Assembly (NCBI RefSeq): GCF_026571515.1 | Contig: NW_026854323.1 | Span: 1-64,000 of the forward strand | From: Ruditapes philippinarum | Lineage: Eukaryota | Length of the DNA: 64,000 nucleotides | Direction of reading: 5' to 3' | In this document: positions 12,926 to 24,178 of the stretch, in pieces | Layout of the letters: the number at the start of each line of letters is the position of its first letter | Position numbering within the stretch: position 1 is the stretch's first letter | Translations under genes and position numbers: made by a program | The notes under the pieces: generated by a model | Seen by the model: only the letters and a program-made list of their open reading frames with translations | Database searches by the model: none | What the model was told of the DNA's origin: nothing

Positions 12926-13734
12926 TCATGTTGCCTTGGTTGATATTTTTACTAAACTAAAGTTGCTTTTGGTATACACATTTCAATGTCTAATGTAATG
13001 TAACAAATGGGTCTGAATTTATGCATATACTATTTGGTAGTAAAATTTGTGATAACTTTGTCATAAAATTGCTGCACACAACCTTGACAGTCACAATGAC
13101 CTAGTGAGTAGTCATGACCAGTAGTTAACCCCTATTGATTTTTGTATACATTGCTTGCAATGTATACAGAGTTATAGCTGTATTTCAGATTTAGTACACC
13201 TAACCTGTTTTGCTGAACAACATCCACCTTTGGATGAAACCTCGATAAAAGTAGATCCTCATTTTGCAGGATTGTCACATTAAGATCACTTTTTATTAAT
13301 ATACTGTTTGCATAGTGGTCAATAAGCTTTGAAAGTTCAAAACTATGCACTTTCAGTGTAAATAAACATTTTCTAAACATGAAAGCAAAAAATATGAAAA
13401 TTTCTATTTCATTCATAAAAGCATTGTGTAAACCTACGCTTCAAACTTCGTATCCACGCATGCGCGTGCAAGAATGAATGAATTACGACAGACTCTGTAT
13501 AAAAATATGTCCAACATCCAAAATTAATATTAAATCAAGCAAGTAAACCTTATTTACTTTTAAATATAGACTTGCATACTTTTTCTATTTCAAACTGTTT
13601 TAGAAAACGAGCAGATACAGATATTTATGTCTTATTTAGTGTTATGTAACATTGTAAGCGTCTGTATGAATGGATTAAAGTTTACGTTCTGAAAACGTAT
13701 TGTCATATAATTGCATATAATACAACCCTATCAA

Positions 13735-14300
13735 CGTGGTGGCATCGGAGGAGTATGCAATTATTTGTTTCACACCTGCAGTGTGAAGTATTTCTGCCAC
13801 TTTAGTGAAATATATCGTCCAAAAGCCATTTTCGGGAAAGGGAAGATTCGTACTCAATATTATTCGAACTAAGGATTTGTACTCAAAATTATTCGAATTT
13901 AGCCTTCGTAATCGGTATTATTCGAACTGACAATCATGGCAGATACGTTTAGACCCCCTGGACATTTAGATGTTGAAAATGGTAACATATCACATAACTT
14001 TATCAAATGGAAGCGCCAATGGAAATTTACTTTACCAGTGTTGACTGCCAGTGGAAATGCTGAGAAAGATGAAAAGATACAAGTAAATATCCTATTACAC
14101 TGTGCTGGACCTAAAGTTATCAATTTACATGGGCAAATGCAGACCATAAACTGAAAGTGAAAAAAATATTTGACAATCCTAGAAAAAATGAAGTGCTAGA
14201 ATCACACAGATTTCGGGTAACAAATCCAGATGAATATTCATCATTTGACAGTTTTCTTAAAGAGTTTTGAAAGCATGTTGAGTCTAGAAATATATTTTGA
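13735..14300 (+). mobile_element. Gypsy-type LTR retrotransposon remnant (PBS-like site and gag N-terminus)
   Basis: TGGTGGCATCGG near 13737 precedes ORF 13936: MADTFRPPGHLDVENGNISHNFIKWKRQW...LTASGNAEKDEKIQVNILLHCAGPK, then frameshifted PRKNEVLESHRF. Typical gag start of Mag/K02A2.6-like elements. Confidence 0.75.
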
Positions 14301-15160
14301 AATATGTTATTTACAATCAAATCACTCAGTCAGGCTGAGCCACCCTTAACATTTTTTTCCATAACTCCTTAGACTATTGATATATATAAGGTAAAATTAT
14401 TAGCCATATATGAGCTTATGATTGCATGGGCAGTTAAATTAAAGCCATTAGTAAAAAAAAGGGTTGACCTGGGATAACCAAAGTGAAGAGTGAAATATGA
14501 CACTCAACACAGGAATATTCTAAATATTTAGATTGATGTTTATGATCAGATTTAGCACAAATAGTAATTTAATTTCCCCTGATACCACAAATATGAATTT
14601 ATTTAGAGTCCTGAAGATCTTTTTATGATGAAATCTTAACTGAAAAACCAGGTTTAACTGAATAATTATAAAATTCCTTGCCACAATAACTAAAAGGTAC
14701 ATAAAGCCAGTCAAAAAAAAATATTTCTATCCATATTCATCATTCCTGGACCTCCATCCATTTGATGAATTTCTCCAACTGGTAAATTTTTCATCTTATT
14801 ATGTTCTGTTTGTTAATATAAAAGATTTTTTATGTTAATATACAGCTAGAATAGTCTGTAATGGCTAAGATAGACAGATAAGAACAAACTATTTAGTAAA
14901 CATGAGTTACATCCCTTCAAATGGAAATAAAGATGAAACCCATAAGAAATTGCCATGTCTGACAGACAGCAAAATTATAAAATTCTGCAGGCTCAGTTTA
15001 ATTAGGCCCATTAGGAGGTAGTGGTAACAACTGTGGGTCAAAAATGAAATGATATCATTTTCAAGGGATGCTTCTGATATGATTTACTTTAAATAATGGG
15101 TCATTATCAATGAATGTTTCTTTGACTTCTATGCCCATGTGTAATAGATTATTGACATTG

Positions 15161-15295
15161 CCAGCTAGATAGCTCAGCTGAGTGAGTCAGTACAGCCCAC
15201 ATACATGTATAATATTCTGATTCAGGTTTGATTCCGGTCAAACTGCACATTTTTCTCACCCTGTGATATTTTCACCCTGTTACTTTTAGGGTCCA
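15161..15295 (+). mobile_element. tRNA-derived SINE fragment
   Basis: A-box-like TAGCTCAG and B-box-like GGTTTGATTCC followed by TGCACATTTTTCTCACCCTGTGA; no intact cloverleaf. Confidence 0.5.
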
Positions 15296-16569
15296 ATATA
15301 TGTTTATGATGGTACATAACTGAATCATAAGTCAATTCACTTTGTTACTTAAGTGTGCCAATGAAAAAGGAAAAATTTCAATATGCTGTGGATTATGTCA
15401 ATGCATAGAACTATGAGACTGAAAATATTTAAGCTGTAGAGCTGCTGTATGGTATTCCAACGGTTCTGGTTTTTTTTGGTAGTGCTGAGGTATGGTATTC
15501 TGAGTGTCTCTGGTTTGAGTTTTAGTCAAGCTGCATTTCATTTTCTCACTTTTTGAAATTGATAAATATTTTCAGCTCATTATTGGCAGGACTGCATATA
15601 TTAATGATTTATTTGTATTAAATCAATATTGTTAAATATTTAGTTATTGTCTATATATGTGACTTTATTTTTGATAAGGCATTGTAACAGTACTACTTTT
15701 TAATTTGACCTTTTTTGTATTAGGGGTAGAAGCCCTTAATTAACTCCTTACCAGTAAGTTTTATTGTACACGATGATGATAGCTTGAAAGGATTTAGCTA
15801 AAAAAGCTACTACATGAATCTTTTTTTTTCCTATTGGATTGTAAAATATTTATTGATTGTCAAAAAACTATATGGAGTTCTCCTCTGTGACATAAAACAG
15901 TCCCAGCTGGCCATACATGCAGGACCTTGCAGACCATGAGACAGGGTGGTCTGTACCAAGACAAATCCGATATCGAGACATGGTGGACAGGACAGACAGT
16001 GATGTTCAGATCCCCCACTCAGAAAGGAAGTTACTACACTCAAGGTCCTGGTCTTCAATTACTTCATTTGCTTACTTGGAGTAAAGGTGCCGGAAACAAT
16101 AGTATGGTATCACAAAAAGCACAGACTGTGATAAAAGTCAAACCAAAAAAGATACTATAAACTGAATTCATAGATTATATAAAAGAAATTTATTAATTCT
16201 TTAAGTTTATAGTTAACATAAAAAAAAGATACTGAGTACATTTGTATTTAATTTTGATATATAGCATATTACCACACATAAAGTGCATTATGCCGTATAA
16301 ATTTCAACTTAGTGCTTAAATACTTTCTGATGCACTCAGTAAGCAAACATGATTTACTAATCTTTGGATTCCCACACTCCTCTCCACCTAGCTCCAATGA
16401 GATCCACTTGGTTGACCATAACATGTACCATACCTCATATTGTTTGTTTACAGTTTGGAATGAAAAAATGAAAGTTTATTCTAGATATTATAAAGCTTTT
16501 ATTAAATTTCACAAGGCTTTCAACACATCAACAATGTAATTGTCATTTTATTTTTTGAAAATGTGTTGG

Positions 16570-17725
16570 ACTGCTGGTCTGATGCATGTAGATGCTGTGT
16601 TGGCATATAGCGATTCTCCTCTTTTGTGTGTGTGTGCATGCATGCGTGCATGTGTGTGTGTTTTATACATTATATAGTTAACATCTTTTGAAAACATCTT
16701 GTCGAATTTCAACCAAACTTGACAGGGTTGTTCCATGAGTAAAGGGCTTCCAAAGTTGTTCAAAGACTTAAATGAGGCCTAGAGCATAGATATTTTACAA
16801 AAGGCATTGTCTGGTAGACATTCACAAGATTTTCACATTATACCCTGGGGGTCAAATTAGCCCTGCACTAGGGTTCATAGATTTTCCTGATATGTATGTA
16901 GTTAAAACTTAAAATCTTCTCCTCTGAATTGACAAAGACTAGAGGTTAGATATTTGTCATGAAACATTTGGTAGTTAACCTCTACCAAGAGTATTCACGT
17001 TACAGCCCAAGGGTCAGAATTAGCCTCACCCCTTGGGTCATATATTAAGGTTTTCCTTATATGTATATAGCAAAAACTTTTTTAAAAATCTTTTTATCAG
17101 AAGGTTTAAGGCTTAGAGCTTAGATACTTGGTAAATAATATCATCAGTACGTCCTTTACCAAAGTTGTTCAAATGTTGCCCCTAGTGAAATAGCACCAGG
17201 GTGTCATAGGTTTTCCTTAAATGTATAAACATGTATAGAAAAAAAAACATAAAAAATATTCTCCTCTGGATTGACAAAGGCTAGATGTTTGATATTTGGC
17301 ATGAAACCTTTACATGTGTAGTAAACCTCTATCACTATTGTTCAAATTATAGCCCTGGGGTCAAAATGGCTCTGCCAAGGAGTCTTTTTAGGTTTTCATT
17401 ATATGGTATGTATAAAGTAAAAAACTTAAAAAAAATCTTGTCTGAAGGTACAAGGTTAACCAGGCACCGTGGTGTCTTAGGATTTCCTTAAATGTATATA
17501 CATGTATAGAAAAAAAAACTTAAACAGTATTCTCCTCTGAATTGACAAAGACTAGAGGTAAGATATTTGGCATGAAACATTGTGTAGTCGACCTCTACCA
17601 AGATTGTTTTAATTTTAGCCCTGGGATAAAATTTGCCTTGTGGGAGGGTTGGGGGGGGGAGTCATTAATTTTCGTAATGTACTTGTAGTAAAAATTTAAG
17701 AATGTACAAGGCAAGAGCTTAGGGC
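16570..17725 (+). mobile_element. Second MITE/HINE-type repeat with degenerate internal tandem units
   Basis: (TG)n/TGCA microsatellite at about 16626-16660, followed by recurring TCTCCTCTGAATTGACAAAGACTAGAGG...GATATTTGGCATGAAACATT...CCTCTACCAAG...GCCCTGGGGTCAAA units. Confidence 0.65.
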
Positions 17726-19357
17726 TTTGATGCCTAAATTTTGTCAAGTACAAATGCTTTTATTTTGAATCAATAATTGCACTATGGAGTGCTTTTTTTC
17801 CAGTGAATGCGTTTTGCATGTAAACAAAAATGTTCACCTAACTTTTAAGTCTTGCTGAATGATTCAATACCACATTTTTGTAGACTACAAACCCGCATGT
17901 TGGTCTTGTTTTTAAAGTAATAGATAAAAGCACTGACGACTCTATTTTACTATTTCAGCATTGTATACTGCAGATAAAAAACCGGTCTTTGCAAACTGAT
18001 TTCTGTATTGCTCTTCAGTTTCGCAAACCATGTAGTCTTGCCTGGAAAAACACAGCACTAGTCTGTAGGAACAACACCTCTTTCTTGTCCTATTAATAAC
18101 TTGAGAAGAAATAAGCCTAGATTTGTGTTCGAAATTGACTGTACCCAGAAGATGACTTCTATTGAGTTCAGTAGATTAAAATCACATGGTCTTGATGTCA
18201 AGCAATGTATACCTCAGTGCTTGCAGTGCTTTGATTTTGGTCACAATGTCAAAAGTCAGTAATAATAACCTGGCCACATGACTAATTTGTTGCCGATATG
18301 GGGACATACATGGTCTTACAAAACATATATTGTTATTATTATTTATTGAGCTGCAACATATATAGATCTACATGTATATTCATTTTTAAAATATATTATA
18401 TGGTATTTAATTCCGAACTATTGCACTGAAGTAATATTGCTGGAAAAGGTCAAAATTTGATAGTATAGTAACACGCATAGTAATATAGATATTTTAACTG
18501 TTACACATATTATATTAATATAACATCATTGTTTTTCCTACACATATTTTTGGTCTATATTCTAATAATTAAAGTTTAGCTCAGCCTTTATCATTGACAT
18601 TAGTATTATTTACATGTTAAAAAGACTATAAAAGTGATATTATGTATAGTTTAAATATAATGAATGAATCGATTTACCTTTCACAGTTAGAAAAAACGGA
18701 ATAAAAACTAACAACATATTTGACAATTAAGATTAAAGCAGATATATAACATTTAAACTAACACAAAGTCTGACCTTTCGTGTTATCTTATCATGTCATA
18801 TGTTGACAATTGACCTTCTTAATTCCTTTAATAGGCTTGTCTAACCCTATTTTTATGGAACTGTTCATTTAAACTTTTGGTGTTTTCGAGCAGAAAAGTA
18901 AATTAAGTAAATGAGCCAACAGTGTAGGGTCTGGTTAGCTTGCACGGATGTACAGGTTGGGCTGGCTCTACACTGGTAGCAAAGGCAATTTAAGTCAGAT
19001 TTCTGTTCTTATACACGAGCACTAATGTACGCCCGAACGCTTCATCCAACCAAAATATATTTTAAATTAGACTTCTAAAAATAATTGCCCAGTTCATGGA
19101 TCAATGGATAAATGGGCCCGAATATAAAATGAATGATAAAAATATCCATGCGAAGCATGGAAGAATCACCAATATTAATATTATTTGTAATATATTAAAT
19201 GTAAAATTCAGAAATCATATTAGAAACTTTAATGTTTTAATAATTGGTATGCGTTTTGATGCTGACTTTATTTTTCGTGACAAAGGTATTTATATGTCAT
19301 ATGTATATTAAACGTTAACATTTCAAAGCTTTTCTATAGCTTTGTAAATTTGTAGAA

Positions 19358-20400
19358 GTAAGTAAGTAAGTAAATATTTTATTATAGTGACATATTATAT
19401 GACAGTTTACAAAATTTTTAATAACGAAATTAAATAACAACACCCGGCCCAATGGACCAATAAGTCACCTGAAACATGTATATATTATAAATAGTTCACA
19501 TGAAATTATTATACTGTACTCATCATCAATATTGCAGGATAAATAGTCGTGTATGCTACAAAACAATGTACATATCTATTAACAGTGTACATATCGATAT
19601 TGAATTGAATTTACAATAGAAATTCTAATCTTAAGCTGTTCCGGCAAAATATAACTTTAGTCTTTTGTTATAAACAAAAATATATTAAAGATTAAACAAA
19701 GATTTCTTTCTTTTTAGATAAGCATTAACAAAGGTATTTAGCTACTTTTCGTGGAAAGCTCACAACAAGATATTTCATTTTGATATCATCGTTCATGTTC
19801 ATAAAATCTGTATTCATAAATTGTTCACTAAAAATGTCTACTCTGATGTTGTAAAAGGGACAATGGACTAAAAAGTGCTTTTCATCTTCTATTTTATTAT
19901 CTGTTCAAAACAAACAAGTTCTCTGCTCTAGTGTTTCACTTATATAACGTCCAGTTTCAATCGTTTACGGGAGAATGCCACATCTAAATTGAGATAACAT
20001 TGATCTTTTCATTTTTATTCAAATTTAACTGTACATATTTTCCTGTTATAAAAATGTCCTGAGGGAAACATAGGTTCGTAATTTCGGTACTTTTTGTTTG
20101 TCAGTTTTCCAAATATCAGTTTAATATTGAGTTATCTTGATTTTAACATAATCTATGCTTATAACGGTTTTGTTCTCAAAGTGACTGATCAAGTTCAATA
20201 TTGTCATAACTGTTTTAACGTAACTGCACCAACTATTACTGCATTTATCGTAGTCCATGTTGAAGACGCGTTTAGTAACCATATTCATACATGTTTTGGT
20301 AAACATTTTGTGGTTGGTCTGTCAATGACTATAGTGCATTGTTTGTTCCTTCCTTGTTCCTTTGTAAAACGGTATATTAAATGTTGGCAAAGTTATAAAA
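19358..20400 (-). mobile_element. LINE 3' remnant with (TACT)n tail
   Basis: Minus-strand translation gives PKLRTY..., RSMLSQFRCGILP*TIETGRY...RTCLF*TDNKIEDEKHFLVHCPFY (C-terminal CCHC-type region of non-LTR ORF2); (AGTA)n at about 19357-19372 marks the 3' end. Confidence 0.75.
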
Positions 20401-20478
20401 ACTTATGAGCCCCCCCCCCCCCCCCCGTCTTTGCTATATACAGATCTCTTTGATCGTGTTAATGCAAATGCAAATTTT

Positions 20479-20891
20479 CAAGGCGGATGACAACGTGACA
20501 TTTGTTTATGGTAACATTGGGTCACCGCAAATAGTTTTTGCTATTTTTTCGATATAACTTTCAATATTTGAATAATAAACATACACAATAATCCAGGCAA
20601 ATATTTTCCGATTCCAATGGTACATATTTTTACAGTGTAGCTATTGTACTTTACCCGATATGCTTCCAGAAATCGTTACACAAATTTTCATTAAAATATT
20701 GTCACATAGAGCATAATAGGAAAAATAAAATGTAGTTATATACAATTTAAATCTGCAAATATTTACATGGAACATGGTACATGTATATGTTTATTATTAA
20801 AAAAAATTGAAAGATTAAACGAAAATTAGCAAACACTAAATATTATCGGTCACCCAATGTAAACAAATGTCATGTGATCACCCAACCTTAA
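20479..20891. mobile_element. MITE with imperfect terminal inverted repeats
   Basis: Left AAGGCGGATGACAACGTGACATTTGTTTA...ACATTGGGTCACCG; right end reverse complement TTAAGGTTGGGTGATCACATGACATTTGTTTACATTGGGTGACCG. Confidence 0.6.
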
Positions 20892-21193
20892 TGCTGGGCT
20901 TCTGAATAGATATTTATTGTCATTAGACAGTTATTGGTCATCTGCGTTTTACACATGTTTTTAATATCCAAGATAGGAATCATACAATTAATGGAGAAAA
21001 AATTATGTTAACAAACATACTTAGAAAGAGTTAATGTCAGTTCTATTTTATTATCAAAAATTAAAAAGCACATGCATTTTACATACTTATAACGAATAAC
21101 AAAAAAGATTTTTTTTATTTCTAAAACCGGCTCAAGTAACTATTTTATCATGCATTGTACCAATTAATTATTCTTATCGCAAATGCAGATACT

Positions 21194-21551
21194 TATGGTG
21201 ACTGATTTGGAACGCTTTAATGCGTCGTGTTGTCGTAAGCGTCAGCACGACTAAGCAACAATTGGCGCTTTCCGGACTTTCCTCTAGTCGTCCTGTCGCT
21301 TACGATGAACGCCAAACGGCGTGTTGTCGTGCGGCGTGTTGTCGCGATGTCACATTGTCGCTCGGCTCAAATCGAAAGATTTGCAATAGGGCCAAGCGAC
21401 AGGGCGACATCGCGACAATACGCCGCACGACAAACGCATCATTTAGCGTGCTTCGCTAGAGACAAGACAAGACGAAAAGGCGATAACGATATAGGTTGAG
21501 TTGTCGCTATCGACAACGCAACGCGCGAAGTGTACCAAATCAGTCACCGTA
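21194..21551. mobile_element. 358-bp MITE with TAYGG termini and 6-bp TSD (IS3EU-type)
   Basis: TIRs TATGGTGACTGATTTGG / CCAAATCAGTCACCGTA; direct repeat GATACT at 21188-21193 and 21552-21557; interior rich in TGTCG/CGACA. Confidence 0.85.
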
Positions 21552-21707
21552 GATACTAGAAACAAAGTTGTATATCATGCTGAACATTTTATTTCAAAAT
21601 ACATCTTAAGCTCTAGAAGTACATGTATAAGAAATTGTTCACACACACTGTTAAGACAAACATTGAGATTTGACTTGTCAAAATTAATGTGGAACTATGA
21701 GCCACAA

Positions 21708-22856
21708 TTAGCGATGCCAAAATTTGGAGTTTGAAATAAACTCTAAAACATACTCTATATAATTCAGGGCAATTGTGTTCACCCATGAATCTTCGCGCAT
21801 ATTTTCATAAAATGCACAGTGACCCCCTTTTTCTACAGTTACTAATAATAAATTCGGATAAAACTGAAATAAATCAAAAGGAATGTTTTCTTTAACTGAC
21901 ACAGGGTCATCTAAACTGTTAATGCATAAAACAGGTACAGCTATGTCATCAACATCTCTCATTGGATCATTCCTTTGCCAGAAGGCCTCGAATGTTTCTA
22001 TACCGTACATTTTACAATAAACTTGATAATCAAAATCTTTTAAGGACCAAGCTTTTAACAATACACTTCTTACGTCAATTAATTTTTTTACAACTTTCCA
22101 ATGTTTAATTAACATTACTTTAAGGTCCATTAATAGATACAGTTCGTAGAGTTTCGGTATCTGTTCACACAATTTTTCTGTATTATCATATGATGGAGAT
22201 ATATTCACGGCTGCCTTCATTAATGAGGAAGAACCAAATTCACCAAGATAAGAGAACAATGTCGCTGATCCGGCACCTATTCCAATTCCTATGATCTGTA
22301 CGTACGGATATTTGTTAAATATATACTCTATGACTTTTCTTGTATCATTTGTGTCACCAATGCTGGTTAGTTTAGCTGACAACAGAAAACTTACTCCATG
22401 TCCTCTTCTGTTAAATTCAACAGCCCTCATTCCTCTGGAGGCGACAAGTTTACACAGCGGTCCGGTACTGATAGCATCTCCGGTCAACCGCGGAAATATC
22501 AATACAATTGGACTGTTTCGTTTTAACTTTGTTGTCGACTGTTTGAACCAATCCAGTGCAACAATAAATTTGTCGGCTGTTTGAAGATATTCCCGCTCAA
22601 ATTGAAAATTCTCCATCGGCCAACAAAGTAGTCCTGCAAAGGTTTGGACAAATCCGTTTCTTAGTATATAGGGTGGTCTGAAAGCTCGATTAAGAAGTCC
22701 TCTCCGGCGGATTAAATGCTTTGTAAGTGACGATTCCTTACTGTGTAACTGCGGTATAATATCACATTGTGCTATAGTAATCCGAAGTTTTACAAGTATA
22801 AAACAGATCCATGACAACAGCCATTTACTGATCAACTCTACACACCAATAAAACAT
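21708..22856 (-). CDS. ABHD15: ABHD15-like alpha/beta hydrolase, intronless CDS, 382 aa
   Basis: First ATG at 22856. N-terminal hydrophobic segment; NGFVQT, FEREYL...D...VALDW, FNRRGHG, FSYLGEFGSSSL, RDVDDIAVPVLCINSLDDPV and GGHCAF motifs of the ABHD1/2/3/15 family. The nucleophile elbow reads GIGAG, and SYLGExGSSS matches ABHD15 as I recall it. Confidence 0.85.
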   Translation of the reverse strand: MFYWCVELISKWLLSWICFILVKLRITIAQCDIIPQLHSKESSLTKHLIRRRGLLNRAFRPPYILRNGFVQTFAGLLCWPMENFQFEREYLQTADKFIVALDWFKQSTTKLKRNSPIVLIFPRLTGDAISTGPLCKLVASRGMRAVEFNRRGHGVSFLLSAKLTSIGDTNDTRKVIEYIFNKYPYVQIIGIGIGAGSATLFSYLGEFGSSSLMKAAVNISPSYDNTEKLCEQIPKLYELYLLMDLKVMLIKHWKVVKKLIDVRSVLLKAWSLKDFDYQVYCKMYGIETFEAFWQRNDPMRDVDDIAVPVLCINSLDDPVSVKENIPFDLFQFYPNLLLVTVEKGGHCAFYENMREDSWVNTIALNYIEYVLEFISNSKFWHR

Positions 22857-24178
22857 TATTCTCACAATTTATTCTTAGATTTATAAAATGAACAACTATT
22901 CTTTTTGCAATGAGTGTGTCAAACTAGGATTTAGTAAAATATCTTAACAAGTATTCTATATCCATGAGAATCCTGTTTTATTCAAAACAAGTCTCACAGT
23001 TGTCAAATACTGGCTGAAACTTTTATTGATTAAGGACTGAATCTGTCTAACAATATTTGTCGGAAAGAAACCATTTAACATCAGTTTAATATCCTGCCAT
23101 ATTTCATTATTTCATATGAACAATGCTTTAATATACATCTTCTTTAGGCAAACTTGTAGAAATTCGTATTTATTATTCCCAAGTACGTTTTTTGTATAAG
23201 AATAGTTTTTATATTTCACATAAAAGCAATGTGACTTTCGGACCTGCGGTAAATAGTAATGTACTAGTAATTAATTACAATTAATTACATTTTTTTTTCA
23301 AGTGTTTGTATTGGAGTTTTAGATATTGATTTTAGGCCATGTAAAATAATTACTTATAATTGCATTTAAATTTCTTATTCTCTTTACTTAAACAGCGTGA
23401 AATACAGTTTGGTCATAGTGTAAAATATCTATACCTTTATCAATAGGTAAAAGTTTGTTTCGTTTCTTTTTTTCACAAGTGCACAATCAGTATAGCATGA
23501 ATACTATTGATAAAGAAGTTATTATCATTAGCCACATCTGGGGTCTAAAGATTGGTAATTCTAGAGAAAAGTAATTACTATAATTATATGCCTATCTTAA
23601 CACCATACATTGCTATTATCAGAGTCTGTCCTATATTTTATAAAACATCAGTCCCCCCTCTTTTACATCAAATGGATATAATATAATAGCAATGTTTAAC
23701 AAGTTTTTAGAAATGACTAACATCAGTGTATAATGCATACAGCATTGCAATATTTATACTTTAAACTAGAAGGGGGACGGTGACTAGTAGTCAATGTTTT
23801 TACATCTCAAAGCCTGCCCATCACAACCATACCATGTTTCCATAAACGATACCAGCATTGATAAATTTTATGAAGCGGAATAACAGTATTTCAAGAGTTT
23901 TAAACAACTTCCTTTAAAAACTAGCTAAAATAAATATGTTTAAACTAAACCAGATATTATCGTTACACATGAAAGATCCGTGCAAAACCTATAAATAGAC
24001 AACTAAAATCAGTTACCTACATACTTCTTTAAATTGAACTTTTGCAATTATGATTACTTAAATTTGAATTTAAAATAAAAAGTTGCGTTTGTCGAAATGA
24101 AATGTATGTGTAAGGTTGATAACAATAGCATATAGACAAAGTCTGTCGATATCACAGCGTACTCAATAACTCTTTCTT

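Noticed and set aside
15161-15245. tRNA gene
   Set aside because: A- and B-box-like motifs only, with no cloverleaf; it is a SINE head. The same applies at 130-185 and 39463.
22291-22584. 97-aa antisense ORF in the ABHD15-like gene
   Set aside because: Shadow ORF with no independent support.
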